A stretch of 64,000 bases of DNA from Gammaproteobacteria bacterium (GTDB lineage: Bacteria > Pseudomonadota > Gammaproteobacteria > Eutrophobiales > Eutrophobiaceae), in NCBI GenBank assembly GCA_965221695.1, contig OZ244905.1, positions 3,424,001 to 3,488,000 on the forward strand, given 5' to 3'. The notes beneath the pieces are model-generated. The model made no database searches, had not been told where the DNA came from, and saw nothing but the letters and a program-made list of their open reading frames with translations. Position 1 is the first letter of the stretch. Every line of letters begins with the position of its first letter. The translations under genes and the position numbers were made by a program. Positions 47,367 to 56,515 of the stretch are shown here, piece after piece.

Positions 47367-48677
47367 ATGACAAACACTATCATCCGCTTTCTGGAATGCC
47401 GTTTCAGGCTCACTGAATACGGCGTCAAGGTTCGCACAGAGGCGCTGGCGGGTTGCGCCACCTTCGCCACTATGGCCTACATCATCTTTGTCAACCCGCA
47501 GATGATGGCTGCTGCCGGCATGGATCAAGGCGCAGCTTTCGTCGCTACCTGTCTGGCCTCGGCGCTGGCCTGCTTGATCATGGGTCTGTATGCAAACTGG
47601 CCGGTGGGACTGGCGCCGGGAATGGGCATGAACGCGTTCTTTACCTACACGGTGGTCGGCAGCCTGGGCTACAGTTGGCAGATAGGACTGGGCGCAGTGT
47701 TCCTGTCCGGAGTCCTGTTCGTCATCATCAGCGTTACTCGCTTGCGTGCGTGGTTGCTGAACAGCATTCCGATGAATCTGCGCCTGGCCATGGGTTGCGG
47801 AGTGGGATTATTTATCGGGTTTATTGGTCTGCAGAACGGTGGCATCGTAGTATCCAGTCCCGCGACCCTCCTTAGCTTGGGCGACCTGACCCGGCCTGAA
47901 CCCATGCTTGCCGCGGCCGGCTTCCTGCTCATCGCCGGGCTGAGTGTGCGCGCTGTCCCCGGCGCCATATTGTTGGGTATTCTGGCGGTGACGGTCATGG
48001 GTCTGCTTGTTGGATTGGCGAGCTACCAAGGGCTGGTTTCCGCTCCGCCGGATCTGGCCGCGACCTTTCTGCAACTGGACATCGCCGGCGCCCTGGAGTT
48101 GGGCCTGATCAGCGTGATAGCCGCATTCCTGTTTGTCAACCTGTTCGACACCACCGGCACACTGATGGGCATCGCCCAACAGGCCGGCCTGGTGGACGGA
48201 CAAGGCAGGGCGCGGAACCTGGAACGGGCGCTGAAGGCAGACAGTTGCTCCAGCGTGGTCGGCGCATGTCTTGGATGCACACCAGTGACCAGCTACGTGG
48301 AAAGCGTGGCGGGCATCGCCGCAGGCGGCCGCACCGGGTTGAGCGCAGTGACGGTCGGCATCCTGTTCCTGCTGGCTATATTCCTGGCGCCGCTGGCGCG
48401 TATGGTCCCGGAATTTGCCACCAGTGGCGCCTTGATCTTCGTGGCCCTGTTAATGTTAGGCGGCATGCGCTACCTGGCCTGGGACGATGCCACCGAGCTG
48501 CTCCCGGCGCTGCTTACCATTGTCGCGATACCGCTGACATTCTCCATTGCCGATGGCATTGCCGCGGGTTTCATGACTTATGTTTGTGTTAAGTTGGCCA
48601 GCGGCAAACGCCAGGAAATTACTTCGGGAGTATGGTTGTTGGCTCTGATCTTCCTGGCCCGGTTTATCTTCCTGTAG
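47367..48677 (+). CDS. NCS2 family AzgA/AdeP-type purine permease
   Basis: TFATMAYIIFVNP, LAPGMGMNAFF, FDTTGTL, TSYVES.AG..AGGRTGL, PLTFSIADG. Confidence 0.93.
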   Translation: MTNTIIRFLECRFRLTEYGVKVRTEALAGCATFATMAYIIFVNPQMMAAAGMDQGAAFVATCLASALACLIMGLYANWPVGLAPGMGMNAFFTYTVVGSLGYSWQIGLGAVFLSGVLFVIISVTRLRAWLLNSIPMNLRLAMGCGVGLFIGFIGLQNGGIVVSSPATLLSLGDLTRPEPMLAAAGFLLIAGLSVRAVPGAILLGILAVTVMGLLVGLASYQGLVSAPPDLAATFLQLDIAGALELGLISVIAAFLFVNLFDTTGTLMGIAQQAGLVDGQGRARNLERALKADSCSSVVGACLGCTPVTSYVESVAGIAAGGRTGLSAVTVGILFLLAIFLAPLARMVPEFATSGALIFVALLMLGGMRYLAWDDATELLPALLTIVAIPLTFSIADGIAAGFMTYVCVKLASGKRQEITSGVWLLALIFLARFIFL

Positions 48678-48812
48678 CAGTCCGTAGCTGGGCGCAGATG
48701 CGCGCTGACGAGGGTCAACAACGCCGGCCGGTAATATTTGTACTCTGCCCCAACATGATAAAATGATATACTTCCAGATAATGCACAAGCCTTGTAGAAG
48801 CGGGAGAATAAC

Positions 48813-49751
48813 GTGAGCGAAGTGGAAAACGGCAACGGCGCAGGGCATTCGGAGTGTGATCACTGCGGCATTTTTACCATCCCCGGGCCCCATCCCATCA
48901 TGGGAGCATGGCGGGATATTTCCTACAGCCCGGTGCGCGACAGAATCTGGTCAGTCAGCGAAGGGATTTACCGCTCCATATTTCTGGAAGGCGAAAAAGG
49001 GGTTATTGCTTTTGACACCCTGACTACACCCGGCACCGCCAGGGCCTATGCCGGCGCCATAGGCAGGGTATTCCCGAAAAAACCGATCCACACCATCGTC
49101 TATTCCCATGATCATCTGGACCACACCGGATTTGCCGCGGACTTGGCCCCGGACGCGGACATCATCGCCCACAGGTTATGCGCCGAGGTGGTTGCGGCGC
49201 GTAAGTCCGACGGCCAGTTACCGGCCACGGAAGTCTGGGATGGCGAGCGCAAGTCTTATGAGATTGACGGGATTTACTTCGAACTGCTTTATCCTGGCCC
49301 GACCCACGGCGACGGGAATATCGCGGCCTGGTTTCCGCAGAGCAAAATACTGTTCATGGTGGACACTATCATCCCCGGCGTGGGCTACACCTTTTTCCCG
49401 GACTGGCACTTCAAACCCTACGTGCCGAGCATGAAGCGCCTCTTGAGCCTGGACTGGGACATATTCATTCCCGGTCATTTCTGGATCACCGACCGCCAGG
49501 GTTTTATGGATAATCTGGACTATTACGAACTGATGGCCGAATTTGCACAGCAGGCGATTATCGATGGACTGGATCCCCATGACTGGGAGGGCGTATGCAG
49601 CTATACCGAGGAGAAGCTGTCAGCGTCTTTCGGCAACCTGTTCCGCTACCACGAGTACTGCGCGATGAACCTGTCCAGGTATATGCAGACCTACCTGACC
49701 GGGGGCTGGGGTATTGAGGGCAATATAAACCCCGTTACCACACCGTTTTAG
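48813..49751 (+). CDS. MBL-fold metallo-hydrolase (paralog 1)
   Basis: YSHDHLDHTG, GPTHGDGN, MVD, IPGH. Confidence 0.88.
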   Translation: MSEVENGNGAGHSECDHCGIFTIPGPHPIMGAWRDISYSPVRDRIWSVSEGIYRSIFLEGEKGVIAFDTLTTPGTARAYAGAIGRVFPKKPIHTIVYSHDHLDHTGFAADLAPDADIIAHRLCAEVVAARKSDGQLPATEVWDGERKSYEIDGIYFELLYPGPTHGDGNIAAWFPQSKILFMVDTIIPGVGYTFFPDWHFKPYVPSMKRLLSLDWDIFIPGHFWITDRQGFMDNLDYYELMAEFAQQAIIDGLDPHDWEGVCSYTEEKLSASFGNLFRYHEYCAMNLSRYMQTYLTGGWGIEGNINPVTTPF

Positions 49752-49822
49752 GGAAACTGTGATTAAGTCAGAGTTTCCATGCTCCGACAAGTCCTGTAAG
49801 GGCTTGTTCAGAGCTTCTTTAA
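49748..49822. mobile_element. IS5-like mini-element between the MBL paralogs
   Basis: TTAG-GGAAACTGTGA-TTAAG-TCAGAGTTTCC at 49748-49778, plus a further end TCAGAGCTTCT-TTAA at 49808-49822. Confidence 0.55.
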
Positions 49823-49841
49823 GCTTAATCAGGAATTGACA

Positions 49842-50756
49842 ATGAGCGAGAACAGGGGATTATTCACGACCGACAAGGCACAAGCTTATCTTGCTTTTGA
49901 GCCGGACCTGACACTTGAGCAGTTGTCTGAGCGTCTCTGGACGGTTAGCGATGGGACTTGCAGGGCTATTTTCATCGAGGGCCGCGAAGGCGTCATCGCG
50001 TTCGATACCTTTGGAACCCCGGGCCGGGCGCGCGCCTATGCCGGCGCCATCAACAAAGCTATACCGGACCGGGAAATCACTACGATAATCTATTCCCATG
50101 ACCACCTGGACCACGCCGGTTTCGCCGCCGACCTGGCGCCCGGCGCGCAGATCATTGCCGACGAGCTCTGCGCAAAGGTCGTTAAGCTGCGCGCTGCCGA
50201 GGGGCAACTCCAGCCTACCCGGATATTGCGCGGCCATGAAAACCGGATCACTGTGGATGGCGTGGAACTTGTGCTGTTGAACCCGGGGCCTACCCATGGT
50301 TCCGGCAATTTGGCTGCCTGGTTTGCCGAAGAGAAACTGCTGTTCTCCTCGGATACCATACTGGCTAATGCCCGTTACGGGCTGATGCCGGATATACACC
50401 TGGCGAATTTTGTCCGCTTTATGCGCGGTTTTCTTGAGTTGGACTGGGACAGGTTTGTGCCTGGACGTTACGGGTTGACGGACCGGGCCGGGTTCATCCG
50501 CGGCTGCGAATATATCGAGGCGACGCAGGAGGCCTGCCAGCAGGCTTTCGTGGAATTCGTGCCTATCTGGGCATACGATCCTATGCGGGAGTACGTTATG
50601 CACAAGTTGGCCGACCGTTTCGGCGACCTGGACGGCTTTGCCGAGCATGTGGGCCTGACGGCCATGCGCATTGTGCATCATTACCTTATGGGAGGCTGGT
50701 CGCTGGAGGATACACCTGAACCGGGTTATCTCCTCGCCGACGCTGTGAAACTGTAG
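49842..50756 (+). CDS. MBL-fold metallo-hydrolase (paralog 2; last His ligand replaced)
   Basis: YSHDHLDHAG, GPTHGSGN, SSD, VPGR instead of PGH. Collinear with paralog 1. Confidence 0.85.
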   Translation: MSENRGLFTTDKAQAYLAFEPDLTLEQLSERLWTVSDGTCRAIFIEGREGVIAFDTFGTPGRARAYAGAINKAIPDREITTIIYSHDHLDHAGFAADLAPGAQIIADELCAKVVKLRAAEGQLQPTRILRGHENRITVDGVELVLLNPGPTHGSGNLAAWFAEEKLLFSSDTILANARYGLMPDIHLANFVRFMRGFLELDWDRFVPGRYGLTDRAGFIRGCEYIEATQEACQQAFVEFVPIWAYDPMREYVMHKLADRFGDLDGFAEHVGLTAMRIVHHYLMGGWSLEDTPEPGYLLADAVKL

Positions 50757-50773
50757 AGAGTAGGTACTAGGTC

Positions 50774-52087
50774 ATGCGGTCCGTTCCGGCAGGGATATTC
50801 TACGGCTGGTGGAATGTTGCCACCGGCTTTGTGGGCATGGGTTTCAGCTATGCCATGTTCACGATTTTCGCCTTCGGCGTGTTTGTCAAACCCTTGGCTG
50901 ACGAGTTTGGCTGGACCCGCGGGGAGTTGTCGTTCGCCATTACCATGACCAATTTTGCCGTGGTCCTCGCCTCTCCTGGACTCGGTTTCATCATAGACAA
51001 GTTTGGCGTGCGTCGAATATTGATCCCCTCGGTGATAATGATGGGGCTGACGGTTGCATCAATGGCCTTACTCAGCGCCAGTTTATGGCATTTTTATGCT
51101 CTGTACTTTCTCATCCCATTCCTGGGCGCGGGGACTCTGCCGCAGAGTTACTCAAGGACGCTAATTGCCTGGTTCGAACGGCGCCGGGGTATCGCCCTGG
51201 GTATCTCACTGTCGGGTTTCGGCGTCGGGGCAATGCTGGTGCCGGTGGTGGCGCAACTGATGATCGATAGTTACGGCTGGCGCATGGCATATGCGGGGTT
51301 TGGCGCGGCCGTGTTGCTCCTGTCGTTGCCTATGGTGGTATTCGTACTCAGGGAGAACCCGGCTGAGATGGGATTGAAGCCGGATGGCGGCCCGGCGCAA
51401 ACCTCAGAGTCCGGCGCCGCCGTGTTGCCCGGTTCTTCAGCGCCCGGTGGAGCCGGCAAGAATGGGATGGCGCCCCAGGCCGTCGGCTTGTCTTGTCGGG
51501 AGGCCGCGCGCACGCGCAGTTTCTGGCTGATACTGATCTCGTTCATGTTGGTGGGCATCGGCATTACCAGTATCATTGCTCACCTCGTGCCTTTGCTGAC
51601 AGATCGCGGTGTGGCGCCGACCGACGCCGCGTTATACATGAGTTCTCTTGCCCTGGGCCTGATCGCCGGACGACTGCTGGCCGGTTTCTTAATGGATTAT
51701 TTCTTTGCGCCGTATGTGGCGGCCTGCTTCCTGCTGGGTCTGATAGCCGGCATCGTCATCCTGGCGAGCGGCACAGCCGGTATTCTCGTGCTGGTCGCCG
51801 CCTTGCTGGTAGGTATGGCGACGGGGTCTGAGATCAGCGAGATCGCATATATCTGCAGCCGCTATTTCGGGCCGCGCGCGTTTGGGCTCATCTACGGATT
51901 CATGTTCTCAGCATTCCAACTGGGATCGATGGCCGGATCGCCGTTGCTGGGCTTATATCACGACCGTGCCGGCGATTATGTGGGGGCGTTATGGATTGTG
52001 GCCGCGCTGGTCGCAATCGGCGCCGTGCTGATAGCGCTGTTGGGTCCTTATCCGGATAAATTCCCGAATAAAGGTCCTGACATTTAG
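50774..52087 (+). CDS. MFS transporter (OFA/MCT-like)
   Basis: FYGWW, FGVFVKPL..EFGWTR, DKFGVRR, WFERRRGIALG, RYFG.RAFG.IYG; multiple TM segments. Confidence 0.92.
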   Translation: MRSVPAGIFYGWWNVATGFVGMGFSYAMFTIFAFGVFVKPLADEFGWTRGELSFAITMTNFAVVLASPGLGFIIDKFGVRRILIPSVIMMGLTVASMALLSASLWHFYALYFLIPFLGAGTLPQSYSRTLIAWFERRRGIALGISLSGFGVGAMLVPVVAQLMIDSYGWRMAYAGFGAAVLLLSLPMVVFVLRENPAEMGLKPDGGPAQTSESGAAVLPGSSAPGGAGKNGMAPQAVGLSCREAARTRSFWLILISFMLVGIGITSIIAHLVPLLTDRGVAPTDAALYMSSLALGLIAGRLLAGFLMDYFFAPYVAACFLLGLIAGIVILASGTAGILVLVAALLVGMATGSEISEIAYICSRYFGPRAFGLIYGFMFSAFQLGSMAGSPLLGLYHDRAGDYVGALWIVAALVAIGAVLIALLGPYPDKFPNKGPDI

Positions 52088-52127
52088 CCCGAACATCTCA
52101 CCAATCGATGCAATGATCGCTTTAGGG

Positions 52128-52142
52128 TCAGAGCTTCCTTAA
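52128..52142. repeat. Isolated end of the IS5-like mini-element family
   Basis: TCAGAGCTTCC-TTAA; the 11-mer is identical to the right end at 16108-16118. Confidence 0.5.
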
Positions 52143-52161
52143 CACACACAGGAGCATTATC

Positions 52162-52464
52162 ATGTTGTTTATCTGTTATTTCGAGATCATGCCGGAAGCA
52201 ATTGCCGAGGCAGCAAAGTCCACCTTGAGACATTCCGAACGACGAGGGGAAGGGTCTAGCGACGTTAAGGTAATTTTCGAGGCTCAGGCTGCGTCCCATT
52301 GGGGCATTGCCGCATTCGAGGCTAAGAGTTCAGAGGCGGTATTTCGCTATATCCGTCCCTGGTGTCCGGTCAATGGCAAGATACTGGTAGAGCCGGCGCT
52401 GCGCGTGGACAACGGCGAGTTTGCACAAAGCTTTCCCCGGGAAATTCTCGAAAGAAACCTCTGA
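52162..52464 (+). CDS. Small hypothetical protein, DUF3303/muconolactone-isomerase-like
   Basis: AGGAG RBS; 100 aa; pattern MLF...; G.A.FEA.S.E...Y..PW; VEP.L. Confidence 0.6.
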   Translation: MLFICYFEIMPEAIAEAAKSTLRHSERRGEGSSDVKVIFEAQAASHWGIAAFEAKSSEAVFRYIRPWCPVNGKILVEPALRVDNGEFAQSFPREILERNL

Positions 52465-52600
52465 GATTAAGATGAAAGAGCACTAGTAATTAGTGTTTGC
52501 GGCGCTGCTGGCATTGAATGACCCGGGCGGGATGCCAACCCGCTTTCAGCGCGTTTCCAGGGGGGACAACGGTGCGGAAATGATATAAAATCCGGAAGTT

Positions 52601-53236
52601 ATGAGTAGTCGGGACTACACGGCCCTGGATCATCTGATCATGGGCTTTGAAAATATCATTTCCGTAATCGATGCTAAGGACCATAGCCCAAGCCCGGGCA
52701 AAAACGCGCCGGATTTACCGGATAAAGAATTGGAACGGCAACGTAGCGCGGCCCTGATGCGGGTGAACCATGCCGGGGAGGTGGCAGCCCAGGCGCTTTA
52801 TGCCGGTCACGCGGTTATGACAAGGGACCAGCAAACGCGCGACTCCATGCTCCAAGCCGCCAAGGAGGAGCGCGACCACCTGGCCTGGTGCGAGGCGCGG
52901 GTCAGAGAGTTGGATAGTCATATCAGCTACCTCACTCCGGTCTGGTATTTCGGTTCATTTGTGATTGGCGCAGTAGCAGCCAGCGCGGGTGATAAATGGA
53001 GCCTGGGTTTTGTCATGGAAACAGAACGCCAGGTTGTCGAACACTTGGATGAGCACCTGCAACGACTGCCGGAACAGGATCGGAAGAGCCGTTTCATATT
53101 GGAGCAGATGCGGCGCGACGAACTGAGGCATGGAGCCGTCGCGCGGGATTCCGGCGGGGTTGAGTTGCCCTTGCCGGCGCGAGTATTGATGCGTTGTTGC
53201 GCAAAAGTGATGACCGGCGTCGCTTACTGGTTGTAA
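52601..53236 (+). CDS. coq7: Demethoxyubiquinone hydroxylase Coq7
   Basis: LMRVNHAGEVAAQALY, EERDHLAWC, SLGFVMETERQV..HL, QMRRDELRH. Confidence 0.95.
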   Translation: MSSRDYTALDHLIMGFENIISVIDAKDHSPSPGKNAPDLPDKELERQRSAALMRVNHAGEVAAQALYAGHAVMTRDQQTRDSMLQAAKEERDHLAWCEARVRELDSHISYLTPVWYFGSFVIGAVAASAGDKWSLGFVMETERQVVEHLDEHLQRLPEQDRKSRFILEQMRRDELRHGAVARDSGGVELPLPARVLMRCCAKVMTGVAYWL

Positions 53237-53388
53237 CTCCCAAGACAAGACGCTGCCTGATCAACTCAAAGCTAATGAGACAGGGAACTTTTGGCTTGGG
53301 CGCTATCTAATAAAATACAGCAACCTCTAAAATGCCATCCTTGGTAATTTTAGAGGCGCCTTTACCACTGATAACTATGGAAGACACA

Positions 53389-54756
53389 ATGCGCCACATT
53401 AAATATTCTTGCCTGACCCTGTTCGCGATGCTGTTGTGCTTCGGTCACGCGCAGGCAGCCCTACCCGGATCAGCAGACGGCCAGGAATTGCCGAGTCTTG
53501 CGCCGATGCTGGAAGAGGTGACGCCGACCGTGGTCAACATCGCGACCGAAGGACGGGTGCAAGTGAGGCAGAACCCGTTGTTTGCCGATCCTTTCTTCAG
53601 GCGTTTTTTCAACATGCCGGATCAGCCGCTTGAAAGAAAGACCCAGAGCCTCGGTTCGGGCGTCATTGTCGATGCCGAACGCGGCTTGGTGCTGACTAAC
53701 AACCACGTTATCGCCAATGCCGTGCAGATCACTGTAACCTTGCGCGATGGTCGCCAGATGGACGCCGAAATTGTCGGTTCCGATCCGGCAACGGATGTGG
53801 CTGTTATCAAAGTGCCGGTGGAAAACCTCACCGATATCGGGCTTGCAGACTCGGATGAATTGCGGGTGGGCGATTTCGTGGTGGCGATAGGCAATCCGTT
53901 CGGCCTGGGACAGACGGTCACTTCCGGGATTGTCAGCGCGTTAAGCCGCAGTGGTCTCGGCATTGAGGGCTATGAGGATTTTATCCAGACAGACGCATCC
54001 ATCAATCCGGGAAATTCCGGGGGGGCGCTGGTCAATCTCAAGGGAGAACTGGTAGGCATCAACACGGCCATCTTTTCCCGCAGCGGGGGGAATATCGGCA
54101 TTGGGTTTGCGATACCCATTAATCTTGCCTTGCAGATCATGGAGCAACTGCTTGACAAGGGAATGGTGGAACGGGGCTTTATCGGTGTGCAACTGCAAGA
54201 TCTCAACCCCGACCTGGCACAGGCATTCGGGCTCAAGAACAAGAATGGCGCGATAGTGAACAGCGTGATGCCTGATTCCCCCGCGCAAGAAGCCGGCTTG
54301 CAACCCGGAGACATTATTGTTTCGATTAATTCAAAGAAAGTAAAGGCGGCAGCCGACGTCAGGAATCAGATCGGTTTGCTGGCTGTTGGCGAACAGGTCG
54401 AGTTCGAAATCCTACGCGCCGGGGACAAAAAGATTCTCACAGCCCGGGTCGCTGCTTCCAAGGAATTGGAACTGTCCCAGGGCGCGCGTAATCCACGCTT
54501 GCAGGGAGTGACACTGGGCGATATAGAGGAGGATCATCCCTATTTCAATCGTATCAAGGGCGTGCTGATCATGGCTATCGAGCGCGGTTCACGGGCGTGG
54601 TCAGCGGGCCTGAGAAAAGGGGACATCATTACCTCAGTGAACCACGAGCCGTTTGCAGACCTTCAGGAGTTTTTGCGGTTAGTCGACGGTCTCGATAATG
54701 CCTTGTTGTTCCGGGTAATCAGGGGGGATGCCGCCGCTTTCCTGGTGATAAAATGA
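53389..54756 (+). CDS. degQ: HtrA/DegQ periplasmic serine endoprotease with two PDZ domains
   Basis: Signal peptide, PSLAPML, LGSGVI, TNNHV, IQTDASINPGNSGGAL, GIGFAIP. Confidence 0.9.
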   Translation: MRHIKYSCLTLFAMLLCFGHAQAALPGSADGQELPSLAPMLEEVTPTVVNIATEGRVQVRQNPLFADPFFRRFFNMPDQPLERKTQSLGSGVIVDAERGLVLTNNHVIANAVQITVTLRDGRQMDAEIVGSDPATDVAVIKVPVENLTDIGLADSDELRVGDFVVAIGNPFGLGQTVTSGIVSALSRSGLGIEGYEDFIQTDASINPGNSGGALVNLKGELVGINTAIFSRSGGNIGIGFAIPINLALQIMEQLLDKGMVERGFIGVQLQDLNPDLAQAFGLKNKNGAIVNSVMPDSPAQEAGLQPGDIIVSINSKKVKAAADVRNQIGLLAVGEQVEFEILRAGDKKILTARVAASKELELSQGARNPRLQGVTLGDIEEDHPYFNRIKGVLIMAIERGSRAWSAGLRKGDIITSVNHEPFADLQEFLRLVDGLDNALLFRVIRGDAAAFLVIK

Positions 54757-54770
54757 TTGTTTAAGGAACG

Positions 54771-55703
54771 TCAGACCAACCCGGATTCCTGTTTGCCCGG
54801 TATATCACATTGCCGGATGAGGCGCATGACAAGTTGCGTCAGTTGTTTTTTCGGATAGGTATTGCGCCAGGCCAGCGCGATGTCGCGTTCCGGCGCAGGT
54901 TTAGCAAACGGGCGGTACGCAACCAACTGCTTTAGTCCGTCCTGCTCCTGGATCGCGGTGGAAGGCAAAATGGTCACGCCTGAGCCGGTTGCCACCATCT
55001 GTTTGATGGTTTCGATAGAACTGCCTTCCAGGGTCTTTTGAATTTTATCCTTGGAAAAAGTATCACTTTTGCAAGCGGGACACACATCCATGACCTGGTC
55101 TCTAAAACAATTGCCCGATTTCAGCAGCAGCAGGGTGTCTTCGATCAGGTCATCCGCCTTGATCTGTTTTTTGTGGGACAAGCGGTGGCGCTTCGGCAAC
55201 ATGACCGTGAACGGTTCCTTGTACAGGATTTCCAGGGTGGCGCCCGGCTGTTCAAACGGCGTAGAGATGATGATCATATCCAGTTCGCCACGTTTCAACC
55301 GTTGCGCGAGGTTCATGGTGAAGTCCTCTTCAATGATCAGAGTCAACCCGGGCGCCTCGCGATTGAGCAGAGGGATAAGATGGGGTAGCAGAAAAGGTCC
55401 GATGGTGTAGATGACGCCCAGTTTCAGGGAGCCTTTTAACTGGTCCTGGTCCGAACCGGCGATGGTCTTGATGGCGTTTACCTGCTCCAGCACGGTCATC
55501 GCCTGTTCCACGATGCGCCGGCCTATGGGCGTGATGGTGACATCATGAGGGCGCCTTTCGAAGATTGTCACATCCAGTTCGTCTTCCAATTTCTTTATGG
55601 CGACGCTGAGCGTGGGCTGGCTGACGAAACAGGCAGCCGCGGCCCTGCCGAAATGAAGTTCACGGGACACAGCGACAATATAACGTAGTTCTGTCAGGGT
55701 CAT
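54771..55703 (-). CDS. oxyR: LysR-family H2O2 sensor OxyR
   Basis: MTLTELRYIVAV...HFGRAAAACFVSQPTLS, TIGPFLLP, redox Cys pair in GNCFRDQVMDVC, GSSIETI. Confidence 0.9.
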   Translation of the reverse strand: MTLTELRYIVAVSRELHFGRAAAACFVSQPTLSVAIKKLEDELDVTIFERRPHDVTITPIGRRIVEQAMTVLEQVNAIKTIAGSDQDQLKGSLKLGVIYTIGPFLLPHLIPLLNREAPGLTLIIEEDFTMNLAQRLKRGELDMIIISTPFEQPGATLEILYKEPFTVMLPKRHRLSHKKQIKADDLIEDTLLLLKSGNCFRDQVMDVCPACKSDTFSKDKIQKTLEGSSIETIKQMVATGSGVTILPSTAIQEQDGLKQLVAYRPFAKPAPERDIALAWRNTYPKKQLTQLVMRLIRQCDIPGKQESGLV

Positions 55704-55710
55704 AACAGCG

Positions 55711-56505
55711 TTATCCTACGGCCTGCGCCCGGCGCGAATTTTGTTTGTCAGCGCGCGCGCCAGAGTGGATCATTCTTAACAGGTCGAGATCGACGAAACA
55801 GCGTCCATATGCCGCGCCTGCCGTAACAGTGAAAGGTTGGTCTGGCTCTCCCAGGTGGTTCAATACCAACGATGCGCCGGAAAAGTCATTGTCTGTAGTC
55901 AGAGGATGGGTGGTGATAATCGTATTGAGGCCAGCCGCCAGCGCTGCGAGATTGCCATTCGACGTGTCTTCAATGGCGATACAGGCTTCAGCTTTCAGTT
56001 CCAGTTCCGACAAGGCGCGCTGGTAGACCGCAGGCGATGGCTTCTTGTCTTGCACCTGGTCAGAGCTGATCACGACCGAAAACAGCCTGGCGCCGGCGCT
56101 GCCGAAAGTTCGGTTCAACAGTGCATTGACGTTGTCGCTTGAGGAGCTGGTTGCGATAGCGAGCTCCAGGCCGGCTGCGCGGCATTCCAACGTCAGACGG
56201 CGAATGCCAGGGCGCAGTTTAATGACATCGGAGACCAGGATCTGCCGGTACAAGGCGGATTTTCTTTGATGCACAATATCCACCATCCCGGGCAGTTCAT
56301 TATCGGCCACACCGGCTTGTTGCAGGCAATGGCGAATTCTTTCCCTGCCGCCGGAAATGGAGAGCAGGCGCTTGTACTCAAGGCGGGACCAGTTGAGCGG
56401 GCAGGCACATTCCTTGAAGGCAAGATTGAAGGCCTGGCGGTGCAGCTCCTCCGTGTCGGCAAGGGTACCATCCATGTCAAAGATAATTGCCTTCAGATCG
56501 CTCAT
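55711..56505 (-). CDS. HAD-IA hydrolase, CbbY-like
   Basis: FDMDGTLADTEELHRQAFN.AF, SGGRERI, KKPSPAVY, IEDT, NDFSGA.LV..LGEP. Confidence 0.85.
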   Translation of the reverse strand: MSDLKAIIFDMDGTLADTEELHRQAFNLAFKECACPLNWSRLEYKRLLSISGGRERIRHCLQQAGVADNELPGMVDIVHQRKSALYRQILVSDVIKLRPGIRRLTLECRAAGLELAIATSSSSDNVNALLNRTFGSAGARLFSVVISSDQVQDKKPSPAVYQRALSELELKAEACIAIEDTSNGNLAALAAGLNTIITTHPLTTDNDFSGASLVLNHLGEPDQPFTVTAGAAYGRCFVDLDLLRMIHSGARADKQNSRRAQAVG

Positions 56506-56515
56506 ACCACAGGGA

